NCBI GenBank assembly: GCA_016867415.1 | Contig: VGJO01000001.1 | Location: 80,052 to 144,051, forward strand | Length of the DNA: 64,000 nucleotides | Source: Candidatus Harrisonbacteria bacterium | GTDB taxonomy: Bacteria > Patescibacteriota > Minisyncoccia > UBA6257 > UBA11618 | Reading direction: 5' to 3' | Shown: piece by piece, positions 36,201 through 45,320 of the stretch | Layout of the letters: every line of letters begins with the position of its first letter | Numbering within the stretch: position 1 is the first letter of the stretch | Notes under the pieces: generated by a model | What the model saw: the letters and a program-made list of their open reading frames with translations, nothing else | Databases searched by the model: none | Told to the model about the DNA's origin: nothing | Translations under genes and position numbers: made by a program

Positions 36201-37385
36201 ATGAATAAAAAGATGAGTAAAAAAGTTTTATTAATAATTACGCAACCCACCTGGGGCGGCGCCCAACGCCATGTCTTTGATCTCGCTCTTGGCCTAAAAG
36301 AGGAAGGTTTCAAGGTGGTGGTAGGGACAGGGAAACCCAAGTCTTCTGCTAAAGAAGACTCTCTTCTCATCGAAAAGTTAAGAGAAAAAGAAATCACCAC
36401 TCAAATCTTTTCTCATCTCACCCGTCCTATTAGACCCCTTTCAGACATTCGCGCTATTTTCGAAATCTTTTCTTTCCTCCAAAAAAATAAAATAAATATT
36501 CTCCATCTCCATAGTTCGAAGGCCGGGGTGGTGGGAGCGGTGGCCGGCTTTCTTGCTCGCACCCCTCGCCGTCTTTTTACCGCTCACGGCTTAGTGCTGA
36601 ATGAGCCTCTTCCCCGGTATCTTCATGGTCTCTATTACATCCTTGAATGGATTAGCTTCCGCCTCTCGCATCACATCATTACCGTCTCTGATTTCGACCG
36701 TCATATTGCGCTAAAAAGTCGTCTCACTTCTCCTCTTAAAATCTCCACAATCTGGAACGGCATTGATCAAAAAGTATTTACCTCTTCACTCTTACCTAAA
36801 GAGACTGCTCGAAGAAAAATTCTCTCTCTCTTTCCCCACTCCATAGATGAAAAAAACTTCATTATCGGAACCATCGCTCATTTCTACAAGAATAAGGGCC
36901 TCTCTTTTTTAGTTTCCGCGGCCGAGATCGTGGTAAAAAGTTTCCCGCAAGCCCACTTTGTCATTATAGGGAGTGAAGGTTCGGAGCGCGCTTCTATTGA
37001 GCAAAAAATAAAAGAGTGCTCACTTGAAAAAAACATTCACTTGCTAGGTTTCATAGAAAATCCCGAATCATTATTAAATAGTTTTGACCTCTATGTTTCC
37101 TCATCTCTCAAAGAAGGCCTTCCATACTCCTTAATCTCAGCTCTTTCTGCGGAAGTACCAATAGTGGCTACTCAGGTTGGTGGCTGTTCTGAAATTATTA
37201 TTAATGAAGAAAATGGACTCCTTGTCCCTCCTGCCGACGCACCTGTTCTTGCTTCTGCTATTAGCCGCTTCCTAATCTCTCCTCACCTAAAAGAAAAAAC
37301 AAGAGAAAATAATAAAGTCCGCTCCTCGCTCTTCTCCCTTTTTGAAATGATTGATAAAACTATCGCAATCTACGATAATCGCTAG
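36201..37385 (+). CDS. glycosyltransferase family 4 (GT-B)
   Basis: EGLPYSLISALSAEVPIVATQVGGCSEII..ENGLLV (E-x7-E motif region). The ORF-track N-extension from 36093 is translated repeat sequence. Confidence 0.8.
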   Translation: MNKKMSKKVLLIITQPTWGGAQRHVFDLALGLKEEGFKVVVGTGKPKSSAKEDSLLIEKLREKEITTQIFSHLTRPIRPLSDIRAIFEIFSFLQKNKINILHLHSSKAGVVGAVAGFLARTPRRLFTAHGLVLNEPLPRYLHGLYYILEWISFRLSHHIITVSDFDRHIALKSRLTSPLKISTIWNGIDQKVFTSSLLPKETARRKILSLFPHSIDEKNFIIGTIAHFYKNKGLSFLVSAAEIVVKSFPQAHFVIIGSEGSERASIEQKIKECSLEKNIHLLGFIENPESLLNSFDLYVSSSLKEGLPYSLISALSAEVPIVATQVGGCSEIIINEENGLLVPPADAPVLASAISRFLISPHLKEKTRENNKVRSSLFSLFEMIDKTIAIYDNR

Positions 37386-37389
37386 AAAT

Positions 37390-39531
37390 ATGCTCTCTAA
37401 AACAATAAAAATTCTTCTATTTCTGACCGCTCTCACTCCTCTTATCTGGTCTTCGTATTTTATTTTTCCTTACGTTTCGGCAAAGATGTTCTTTTTTCGG
37501 GGACTTATCGAGATCGCTACTCTTCTCGCTCTTATTCAAAGCATAAGTGATGAAAATCTGCGCCAAAAAGCAAAAAAGATTTTTCGCAATCCACTCTTTC
37601 TTTCCCTGTTATCCTTTCTCATTATTAGCGGAATTGCGAGCATCTTTTCGGTAAATCCTTCCATTGCTTTTTTTGGTAATCTAGAACGTGGCGAGGGTTT
37701 TATTAGTCTGGTCCACTACCTCATCTTTTTCTTTCTCCTCTGCGTATTTTTCGAAGATCGTGATTTTCTTGGATTTCTTATTAGTTCCTTCTGGGTTGGC
37801 ATCGGTGTGACGTTTTTAGGCTTTTTTCAAAGATTAGGTCTGGATAACCTTCCGTTTGTCCCGCCGTATAAACCTGATTTTGATTCCACTTTAGGGAATA
37901 GAGCTTATGTAGCGGGTTATAGTCTTTTCCTTATCGGTTCTTCTCTTTTCTTATTTTTAGAAAAGAATACTCGCTCTTTCATGAGATATTGGTACGGCGG
38001 GGGAATTATTCTATTCTCTATTCTTCTCTTACTTACTAATAATAGAGGTTCTCTCGTCGCTCTTTTTGTATCTCTTCTTATTACTTTAGGTATTATTGCT
38101 TTTCATTCCTCTTCCCTTGTCGCCCGACGGGCGAAAATTGCTGGTATCTGTCTTGTTCTTTTTGGACTTTGTTTTTTTATTACTCGTTCTTTTCCGATAT
38201 GGCAGTACATTCCCGGACTTTCTCGTGTGGCTAATATTAGTCTCTCAGATGCTACGATGCGCACTCGCTACCTTTCTCTCATCTCTTCTCTCAATGCTTT
38301 TAAAGAGAAGCCATTATTAGGTTGGGGGAATGATCATTTCATCACTGCTTATAATAAATATTACGAACCAAGCTATGCCAGGTTTGAAAATTCCTGGTTT
38401 GATCGCGCTCATAATAAACTCGCCGAGATATTGGTAGAAACCGGCCTTATTGGTCTTCTCGCCTACTTAAGCATTTTTCTCTTTGTTTTTCTTTTTCTTC
38501 GGAAAGAAGGATTACGCAAAGAAACATTAATACTAGGAAGTATTTTTATTGCTTATTTTTTGCAAAATCTTTTTCTTTTTGATCACCCGACAAGTTATCT
38601 TCTTTTCTACTTCTTTCTTGCGTTTCTCATTATTCGAAGTAAAGAAGAAGTAAAAAATATTCCTTCCTCTCAACCTCTCTCATTCTCTTTTATTCCCCTT
38701 GGAGGCCTTGTAATATATCTCCCCCTTCTTCTCTACTGTTTTACATATCTTGAGGCAAAGCCGATCAAAGCTGCCTATGCCGCAAACATGCTTTCCCAAA
38801 AAGACTCTCTTTGGAATGAAAAGCCGGAGTTAATAAATATGGTAATAACTGGCTCTAGTTTTTCTAAAATAGATACGCATCGCTTTCTTATGGGCTTTAT
38901 AAATAGCCGAGGTTTGTTTATGAATAAAGCTTGGCAATCTAAACTTTTCCCATTTCTCCATTCATATGAGGGTTTAGTAATAGATAATAAGTACGACCCC
39001 CGAATAAATATTAGTCTCTCCGATGCCTATGAAGACCTGGGAGAAAAAGATCCCGGCTTTCTTGATAAAAAGCTCCAGGTTTTGGAATCAGCTCTCCCAC
39101 TTGCCCCGCGTCGCCAAGATCTTTTTTATGAGCTCGCTTTTGCTCATTCTCTAAAAAAAGAAAACGAAAAAGCGATAGAGATTGCCCGCTCCGCCATCGC
39201 ACTTGATCCCGAAGTCGCCCGCGCTCACTATGTGTTAAGCGCCATTCTTTATCTTGCGAAGGCTGATAAAGAAGAGAGTATCAGGGAGCTTGCACTTACT
39301 TTCGAGTACCCTGGCGCTTTCTTAAGTAGCCAGGACCAAGAAAATATAAAAAACATTCTCATCACCTACCTTGCTAATTCGGTAAAGAGTCGAGATGAAA
39401 AAGGTGTGACAAGCACGGCAACTCTCCTAAAAAAAGTCATCCCGGAAAAAATAGGAGAGTTCGATCAAATCATCGCTCTTGGCAAAGCTCATAACTGGTA
39501 CGCCCTGGAATATGGCCTTGATATCAAGTGA
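37390..39531 (+). CDS. Wzy_C (O-antigen ligase/PglL-like) polytopic membrane protein with C-terminal TPR-like domain (paralog of 29164-31035)
   Basis: YYEPSYARFENSWFDRAHNKLAEILVETGLIGLLAY motif, about 12 TM segments, C-terminal helical repeat region. Confidence 0.7.
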   Translation: MLSKTIKILLFLTALTPLIWSSYFIFPYVSAKMFFFRGLIEIATLLALIQSISDENLRQKAKKIFRNPLFLSLLSFLIISGIASIFSVNPSIAFFGNLERGEGFISLVHYLIFFFLLCVFFEDRDFLGFLISSFWVGIGVTFLGFFQRLGLDNLPFVPPYKPDFDSTLGNRAYVAGYSLFLIGSSLFLFLEKNTRSFMRYWYGGGIILFSILLLLTNNRGSLVALFVSLLITLGIIAFHSSSLVARRAKIAGICLVLFGLCFFITRSFPIWQYIPGLSRVANISLSDATMRTRYLSLISSLNAFKEKPLLGWGNDHFITAYNKYYEPSYARFENSWFDRAHNKLAEILVETGLIGLLAYLSIFLFVFLFLRKEGLRKETLILGSIFIAYFLQNLFLFDHPTSYLLFYFFLAFLIIRSKEEVKNIPSSQPLSFSFIPLGGLVIYLPLLLYCFTYLEAKPIKAAYAANMLSQKDSLWNEKPELINMVITGSSFSKIDTHRFLMGFINSRGLFMNKAWQSKLFPFLHSYEGLVIDNKYDPRINISLSDAYEDLGEKDPGFLDKKLQVLESALPLAPRRQDLFYELAFAHSLKKENEKAIEIARSAIALDPEVARAHYVLSAILYLAKADKEESIRELALTFEYPGAFLSSQDQENIKNILITYLANSVKSRDEKGVTSTATLLKKVIPEKIGEFDQIIALGKAHNWYALEYGLDIK

Positions 39532-39534
39532 GTT

Positions 39535-39562
39535 GGCATTCCAGTCTTGACTTGGAATCCAG
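39535..39562 (+). repeat. short hairpin repeat (family H2): ggCATTCCag tcttgac ttGGAATCCag
   Basis: One of three near-identical stem-loops (also 46966-46991, 50776-50806). Followed at 39567-39585 by a second hairpin ctgccgcc/ggcggcag. Confidence 0.5.
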
Positions 39563-39608
39563 TTCTCTGCCGCCCACGGCGGCAGTATAAATTATTATCC
39601 TATTTTTT

Positions 39609-40754
39609 ATGGAATCTTCAGTTAAAAAAATACTAATTGCCTCAGGTATTTTTTCGCCTGAAATTGGAGGTCCCGCTACCTTCTCAAAAATCATTCTCAA
39701 TGAATATCAAAAAAGTGAGAAAATAGATCCAATTGTTCTCTCCTACTTCCTTCCTCATCATGCATCCCAAGATTCGCGTGTTTTTAGTGTTTCCAAATCT
39801 TTGCCAAAAGGCCTTCGCCATCTCATCTATTTTTACAAATGCTTATTTCTCTCTCGAAGGCGAAAACTAGTCCTTGCCCTCGATCCAGTCTCTGCCGGCT
39901 TACCCGCCCTTCTCTCCTCTTTCTTTATGGGAAATAAGTTTCTCGTTCGCATCGCCGGTGACTATGCCTGGGAAGAAGGCTCTCGTCGCTTTGGCGTGAC
40001 AGATACGCTCGATGATTTTCAAAAAAAATCCTATGGCCTTCGAGTCGAGTGGCTCCGCTCCGTCCAGAAATATGTGGCCAAGAAAGCTGAGAAAATAATC
40101 GTTCCCAGTGAGTATCTAAAAAAAATACTAGTGACCGGATGGGGGATAGGGCCGGAAAAAATCATCATAATCTACAACGCTGTTGATTTTCCTGATGCGC
40201 CCGTAGAAAAATCCCTTTCCGTTTCTCCTGCCTTCTCTCTTTTTTCTGCCGGTCGCCTTGTCTCCTGGAAGGGTTTCGACAGCTTATTAGATCTTATGCA
40301 TGAACTCCCCTCGACTATCACACTCGCGATCGCCGGCGATGGGCCGGAAGAACAATCTTTAAGAAAAAAAATAATTGATCTAGATCTTACCTCTCGGATC
40401 ACTCTCCTCGGCCGCCTAGAGAAAAAAGACTTAGTAAATAGATTAAAAGCCGCTGATCTCTTTATTTTGAATACTAAGTATGAAGGCTTTTCTCACCAAA
40501 TTCTCGAGAGTCTTGCCCTCGGCGTCCCGGTAATTACTACAAATATCGGTGGCAATCCCGAGCTTGTAAAAGAGGGTGAAAATGGTTTTCTCGTCGCGCC
40601 CGATGATATGCTTGGCTTTAAAAAAGCTATAGAAAAAATAAGCACTGATAAGTCTCTCTACGCTCACCTTAGCAAGAATGCTTTGCAAGTCCGCCACCTT
40701 TTCTCAAAAAATCGCCTCATTACTGATTTTGAAAATTTGATAAAAAACATATGA
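39609..40754 (+). CDS. glycosyltransferase family 4
   Basis: EGFSHQILESLALGVPVITTNIGGNPELVKEGENGFLV. Confidence 0.8.
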   Translation: MESSVKKILIASGIFSPEIGGPATFSKIILNEYQKSEKIDPIVLSYFLPHHASQDSRVFSVSKSLPKGLRHLIYFYKCLFLSRRRKLVLALDPVSAGLPALLSSFFMGNKFLVRIAGDYAWEEGSRRFGVTDTLDDFQKKSYGLRVEWLRSVQKYVAKKAEKIIVPSEYLKKILVTGWGIGPEKIIIIYNAVDFPDAPVEKSLSVSPAFSLFSAGRLVSWKGFDSLLDLMHELPSTITLAIAGDGPEEQSLRKKIIDLDLTSRITLLGRLEKKDLVNRLKAADLFILNTKYEGFSHQILESLALGVPVITTNIGGNPELVKEGENGFLVAPDDMLGFKKAIEKISTDKSLYAHLSKNALQVRHLFSKNRLITDFENLIKNI

Positions 40755-41890
40755 AAGTTCTAATGATATCAATTGACAAGGGGATTTTAGATCGAAATAC
40801 TCCAGCGGGAAAAAGAATGAAAGAATATTCCGAGCTTTTCGACGAGCTTGTGATTATTGTTTTTGCAAAAAAAGGAAAAGGGAGTGGTTACGAAAATGGC
40901 AGGCTAAAAGTTTTTTCTTCTGATTCTCTTTCTAAAGTTTTTTATTTCTGGGACGCTTGGAAAATAATCCGTCGCCTGCGAATAAATAAAGATTGGGTTA
41001 TCACCTCCCAAGACCCCTACGAGACCGGTCTCTTCGCGCTCCTTGTGAAGTGGTGGTATAAGGTTCCGCTTGAGATGCAGATCCACGTCGATATCTTCTC
41101 TCCGTATTTCAAACATTTGAGTTTTCGCAACCGATTTCGCGCCTGGCTTGCAAAGCAGACCCTTCCGTTTGCTACTCGCGTCCGCGCCGTCGCCTCTCGG
41201 GTCAAGCAATCAATTATCGATCAAAAGCTTCTCCTGCCAGAAAAAATCACCGTCATTCCCGTCCCGACTAATAACGAAGAGATACGAAAAAAATCCTCCG
41301 CCTTTTCCCTCAAAGAAAAATACCCAGGGTTCGCGCATTACTTTCTCATCGTCTCCCGCCTCGCTCCCGAAAAAAACATCCCGCTTGCGATTGAGGCCTT
41401 TGCCGAAGTCATCCAAAAATATCCCGAAGCCTTTCTTCTCATTGTTGGCAAAGGAAGTGAGGAGAATTCTTTAAAAAAGTTAGTTTTTCGCTTGAAATTG
41501 GAAAAAAACATTTGCTTTGAGTCCTGGACCTCTGATCCTTTTTCCTACATGAAGACCGCCGACATTTTCCTTCTCCCTTCCCTCTACGAAGGCTGGGGCC
41601 TCTCTGCCATTGAGTCTCTCGCCTGCGGCCTCCCTATCATTATGACCGACGTCGGCTGTGCTGGTGAGGTAGTGCGAGATGGCAAAAATGGCCTCATTGT
41701 TCCGGTGGCGGACAAAATAGCTCTCCAAAAAGCTATGGAAAAAGTAATAAAAGATTCCTCCCTCCTTTCCTCCCTCAAAGCCGGCACTCATGCCACTGAT
41801 TTTTCTCGTATAGAGAAGCCAGAGATTCTAAAAGCCCTGAAAGAAAATCTGGAGAAAACCGCCGCCTCTTTCCTCTTCCATAAATCATAA
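40751..41890 (+). CDS. glycosyltransferase family 4
   Basis: EGWGLSAIESLACGLPIIMTDVGCAGEVVRDGKNGLIV. 4-nt overlap with the upstream gene (operon). Confidence 0.8.
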   Translation: MKVLMISIDKGILDRNTPAGKRMKEYSELFDELVIIVFAKKGKGSGYENGRLKVFSSDSLSKVFYFWDAWKIIRRLRINKDWVITSQDPYETGLFALLVKWWYKVPLEMQIHVDIFSPYFKHLSFRNRFRAWLAKQTLPFATRVRAVASRVKQSIIDQKLLLPEKITVIPVPTNNEEIRKKSSAFSLKEKYPGFAHYFLIVSRLAPEKNIPLAIEAFAEVIQKYPEAFLLIVGKGSEENSLKKLVFRLKLEKNICFESWTSDPFSYMKTADIFLLPSLYEGWGLSAIESLACGLPIIMTDVGCAGEVVRDGKNGLIVPVADKIALQKAMEKVIKDSSLLSSLKAGTHATDFSRIEKPEILKALKENLEKTAASFLFHKS

Positions 41891-41912
41891 AAAAATTGTA
41901 TAATATGGAGAA

Positions 41913-44021
41913 ATGCGCGTTCTCGTCTTTTCTACCGATGATTTTCTTCCTCCCGCTGGTGGCGCCGAGCTTGCTTTAGGTGAGATTATCCGCCATCTTC
42001 CCGAAGTTCAGTTTGAAGTCATCTCTGCCAAAATCCACCGAGGTCCTCGCCCCACAAATATCCCAAAAAACGTCACTATCCGTCACATTGGCTGGGGATT
42101 TTGGCCTCTCCTCGACAAACTTCTACTCGTTCTTTTAGGGCCCTCTATAGCCTATAAAAGCCATAAGAAAGCCCCTTTTGATCTAGTCTGGTCCATGATG
42201 GCCTCCTATAGTGCTTTTGCTGCCCGAATCTTCAAAAAGAAGGCTAAAACCCCCTATCTTCTCACCCTGCAGGAGGGAGATCCGATTACTCGGCCCCTAT
42301 ACCGCATTTTGAAGCGCTTAGGGCTCTTTGGACCGCTTTTTTCCGATGCCAACGCCCTCCAACCTATCTCTCATTTTCTCTCTCGCTGGGGTCATTTTAT
42401 GGGCTTTAAAGGGCCTGTAGAGGCTATCATTCCCAATGGCGTTGATACTGATCATTTTTCGAGAGAAATCTCCGCCGCCGAGCGGGAGAAGCACCGCTCC
42501 TCTTTTGGTTTTCCTCCTGATGCCCTCATTCTCATTTCCGTCTCCCGCTTTGTCGCCAAAAATGGCCTTGCGGACATCATTCGCGCTCTCCCTCTTCTTC
42601 CCGAAAAAGTTTGTCTTGTTCTCTGCGGTTTTGGTGATCTAGATCAATCACTCCGCGATCTTGTCGCGCGTCTAGATCTTGAGCATCGTGTTCACTTTTT
42701 TGGTTCTTGTTCTCACACTCATCTTCCCGCCGTCCTTTCCGCCACCGATATCTTCATTCGCCCGTCTTTGAGTGAAGGGCTAGGTAATTCTTTTCTCGAA
42801 GCCATGGCCTGCAGCCTGCCAGTAATTGGCACTAAAGTAGGTGGCATCCCGGATTTTCTTGAGGATGGAAAGACTGGTTTTTTTTGTCTTCCCGAAAATC
42901 CCGAAAGCATAAAAGACACAGTACTAAAAATAATAAACTCCAATCCTGCTCGTCTTACCGAAATAAAAAAATCCGCCAAAGATTTGGTTATCAAAAAATA
43001 CAATTGGCGCTTGATAAGCAGTGGGATGAAGAATCTTTTCGAAAAGACGCAAGCGATTACCCCTCTCTGTCTAGAAAAACCTCTCTTCATCCTCTCGCTC
43101 GACGTCGAGCTTGCCTGGGGTATGAAGGGTTCAAAAAGATTTTTCCACCAATACGAAAAAAAGCGGGAAGTAGTCGATAAGCTTCTACAGCTTTTTGAAA
43201 AGTACGACATCCCCGCCACCTGGGCGGTGGTTGGGCATCTCTTTCTTGATAGCTGCGCCCCCGTCTCGGGCGTGAAGCATCCAGAAATTATTCGACCAAA
43301 AAAAGAGGGTACGAATGACTGGTTTGAAATTGATCCCTGTACCTCTATTACCACTCACCCTTTTTGGTATGGCAAAGATATTGTGGGAAAAATCATTAAG
43401 TCAGAAAAGCAAGAGCTCGCCTGCCATACCTTCTCGCATGTATACATGGATTTCCCCTCTCTTACCAAAGACTGGTTTGAAAGTGAATTAGCGGAATGTC
43501 AGCGGCTTGCCAAAGATCATGGCCGATCTCTAACTTCTTTTATCTTTCCGCAAAACAAAATCCGTTTTGTAGATAGTCTCGCCCCCCATGGCTTCACCGC
43601 TTACCGCGCTCCTGATGACAATTGGTATAGTTCTTTAAGAGGACTCCTGAAGCGTATCGCTCATGTGATTGATGATTATTTGTGCTTGCCTGTTCGTTCC
43701 GTCCTCCCTTATAAAGACAATGATCTCATCGCCATCCCCGGCAGTTATTTCTACGTCCATAAAGTCGGCTGGGCGCGTTTTCTCCCCGTCTCCTTTCGAG
43801 TAAAAAAAGCCAAGTGGGGGATAGATGATGCAATAGAGACCGGTAAAATATTTCACCTCTGGACTCACCCTTTTAATCTCACGGATAAAGATGGTAAGCT
43901 CCTTGCCGGTCTCGAAGAAATCCTGCGCTACGTCGCCGAAAAAAGACGACAAGGAAAAATCTCTATTACCTCTATGAACAAAGTTAATAATTTTTTAAAA
44001 AATAATGAAAACTCTAAGTAG
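41913..44021 (+). CDS. bifunctional GT4 glycosyltransferase (N-terminal) / polysaccharide deacetylase, NodB-like (C-terminal) fusion
   Basis: N-terminal half: EGLGNSFLEAMACSLPVIGTKVGGIPDFLEDGKTGF. C-terminal half: LDVELAWG, ATWAVVGHLF, CHTFSH His motif of NodB-type deacetylases. Confidence 0.7.
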   Translation: MRVLVFSTDDFLPPAGGAELALGEIIRHLPEVQFEVISAKIHRGPRPTNIPKNVTIRHIGWGFWPLLDKLLLVLLGPSIAYKSHKKAPFDLVWSMMASYSAFAARIFKKKAKTPYLLTLQEGDPITRPLYRILKRLGLFGPLFSDANALQPISHFLSRWGHFMGFKGPVEAIIPNGVDTDHFSREISAAEREKHRSSFGFPPDALILISVSRFVAKNGLADIIRALPLLPEKVCLVLCGFGDLDQSLRDLVARLDLEHRVHFFGSCSHTHLPAVLSATDIFIRPSLSEGLGNSFLEAMACSLPVIGTKVGGIPDFLEDGKTGFFCLPENPESIKDTVLKIINSNPARLTEIKKSAKDLVIKKYNWRLISSGMKNLFEKTQAITPLCLEKPLFILSLDVELAWGMKGSKRFFHQYEKKREVVDKLLQLFEKYDIPATWAVVGHLFLDSCAPVSGVKHPEIIRPKKEGTNDWFEIDPCTSITTHPFWYGKDIVGKIIKSEKQELACHTFSHVYMDFPSLTKDWFESELAECQRLAKDHGRSLTSFIFPQNKIRFVDSLAPHGFTAYRAPDDNWYSSLRGLLKRIAHVIDDYLCLPVRSVLPYKDNDLIAIPGSYFYVHKVGWARFLPVSFRVKKAKWGIDDAIETGKIFHLWTHPFNLTDKDGKLLAGLEEILRYVAEKRRQGKISITSMNKVNNFLKNNENSK

Positions 44022-44025
44022 TGCA

Positions 44026-44148
44026 AAGCGAAGTAATTTTGGATGGAGTTTGCGATTTCTTTTCGAGGACAAGCCCGGAGCATACTGGGCTCAAGTATGT
44101 GAGGACTTACCGGAGAAAAAAATCGCAAAATTCGCCAAAAGTACGAGC
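44026..44148 (+). repeat. canonical copy of dispersed structured intergenic repeat, ending 11 nt before ATP-grasp gene ATG
   Basis: gcgaagtaattttggatggagtttgcgatttcttttcgaggacaagcccggagcatact gggctca agtatgtgaggacttaccggagaaaaaaatcgcaaaattcgccaaaagtacgagc. Confidence 0.65.
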
Positions 44149-44159
44149 ATAAATAATAT

Positions 44160-45320
44160 ATGACTTGTCTAATTCTCGACGCTCATCTTCATAGCGCTCT
44201 TTCTACCGTTCGATCTTTGGGTAAAAAAAATAGTAAGATTTTTTCTGCTTCTGACACCCGGCTCGCCCCCAGCTTTTTTTCCCGCTACTCAGTAAAAAAT
44301 TTTCTCTACCCTTCTCCTCTCAAAGATGAATCTGCTTTTATAAAAAAAATAACTTCCATTCTAGAAAGTCTTAAGGACGATTGTCTTATATATATTTTCA
44401 GCGAGACTACTCTTTTGCCTCTTTCCCGAAACAGGAATAAACTGCCAAAAAATACCCGTCTTATTCTCGGCTCTCTCGAAAATGTCGAGCTCGCCTCCGA
44501 CAAAGCCGCTACTCTCACTCTTGCGGCAGAAAATAATATCCCCATTCCCCAAACTTTCTTTCCCGGTTCTTTCGCTGAAGCTCAAAACTTTCTCTCCAAA
44601 ATTCCCTACCCCTGCATTGTGAAGCCTCGCCATAACTGCGTCTGGAAAGATGGTGCCTCTGTCTATGAGACCGCCCATCTTGTCGAGACGAAAGAAGAGG
44701 CGGAAAAAATCTGGCGGGAACTTTTTAATGCTTCCGGTGAACCGCCCCTTATTCAAGAAAGAGTAGTTGGTGAAGAGCGAGGAATCTTCACCTTCGCAGT
44801 AAAAGGGGAGGGCTTTGCTTGGTTTGCGCATAAGCGGCTTGAGTCTTTAAAGAAGTTAGGTGGCGCAAGTATCCTCCGAGAAAGCATAGAAGTAGATCCT
44901 AAGCTTAAAAGTTATTCTGAATTACTTATAAAAAAACTTGATTGGACCGGCCCTCTTATGATTGAGTGGAAGTGGGATGAAAATGCTAAGAGGTATCTCC
45001 TCATGGAGATCAATGCCCGTTTCTGGGGTTCTCTGCCGCTTGCTGTTGCCTCAGGGGTAGACTATCCCGCACTCATGCTTGATTTCGCAGTCGGACAATC
45101 GCTTCCTAATGAAGTTACTTATAAGATTAGTATCCGTTCCCGCCATTTCTTTGGCGCTCTAAGAAGTCTCCTTCGAGCAAAGACGTGGAGAGATTTTCAG
45201 AAGCTCTGGCAAATAATGTGGGGGGAAAAAACGATTGATGATGTTTTCTCTTTCTCCGATCCCCTCCCTTTTCTTGGAGAAGTTCTATTTATTGGTAAAA
45301 CATTTATATGGAAAAAATAA
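44160..45320 (+). CDS. ATP-grasp superfamily ligase
   Basis: CIVKPRHNCVWKDGASVY, GEERGIFTFAVKG, LMIEWKWDE..YLLMEINARFWGS. Characteristic ATP-grasp B/C subdomain motifs. Confidence 0.65.
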   Translation: MTCLILDAHLHSALSTVRSLGKKNSKIFSASDTRLAPSFFSRYSVKNFLYPSPLKDESAFIKKITSILESLKDDCLIYIFSETTLLPLSRNRNKLPKNTRLILGSLENVELASDKAATLTLAAENNIPIPQTFFPGSFAEAQNFLSKIPYPCIVKPRHNCVWKDGASVYETAHLVETKEEAEKIWRELFNASGEPPLIQERVVGEERGIFTFAVKGEGFAWFAHKRLESLKKLGGASILRESIEVDPKLKSYSELLIKKLDWTGPLMIEWKWDENAKRYLLMEINARFWGSLPLAVASGVDYPALMLDFAVGQSLPNEVTYKISIRSRHFFGALRSLLRAKTWRDFQKLWQIMWGEKTIDDVFSFSDPLPFLGEVLFIGKTFIWKK

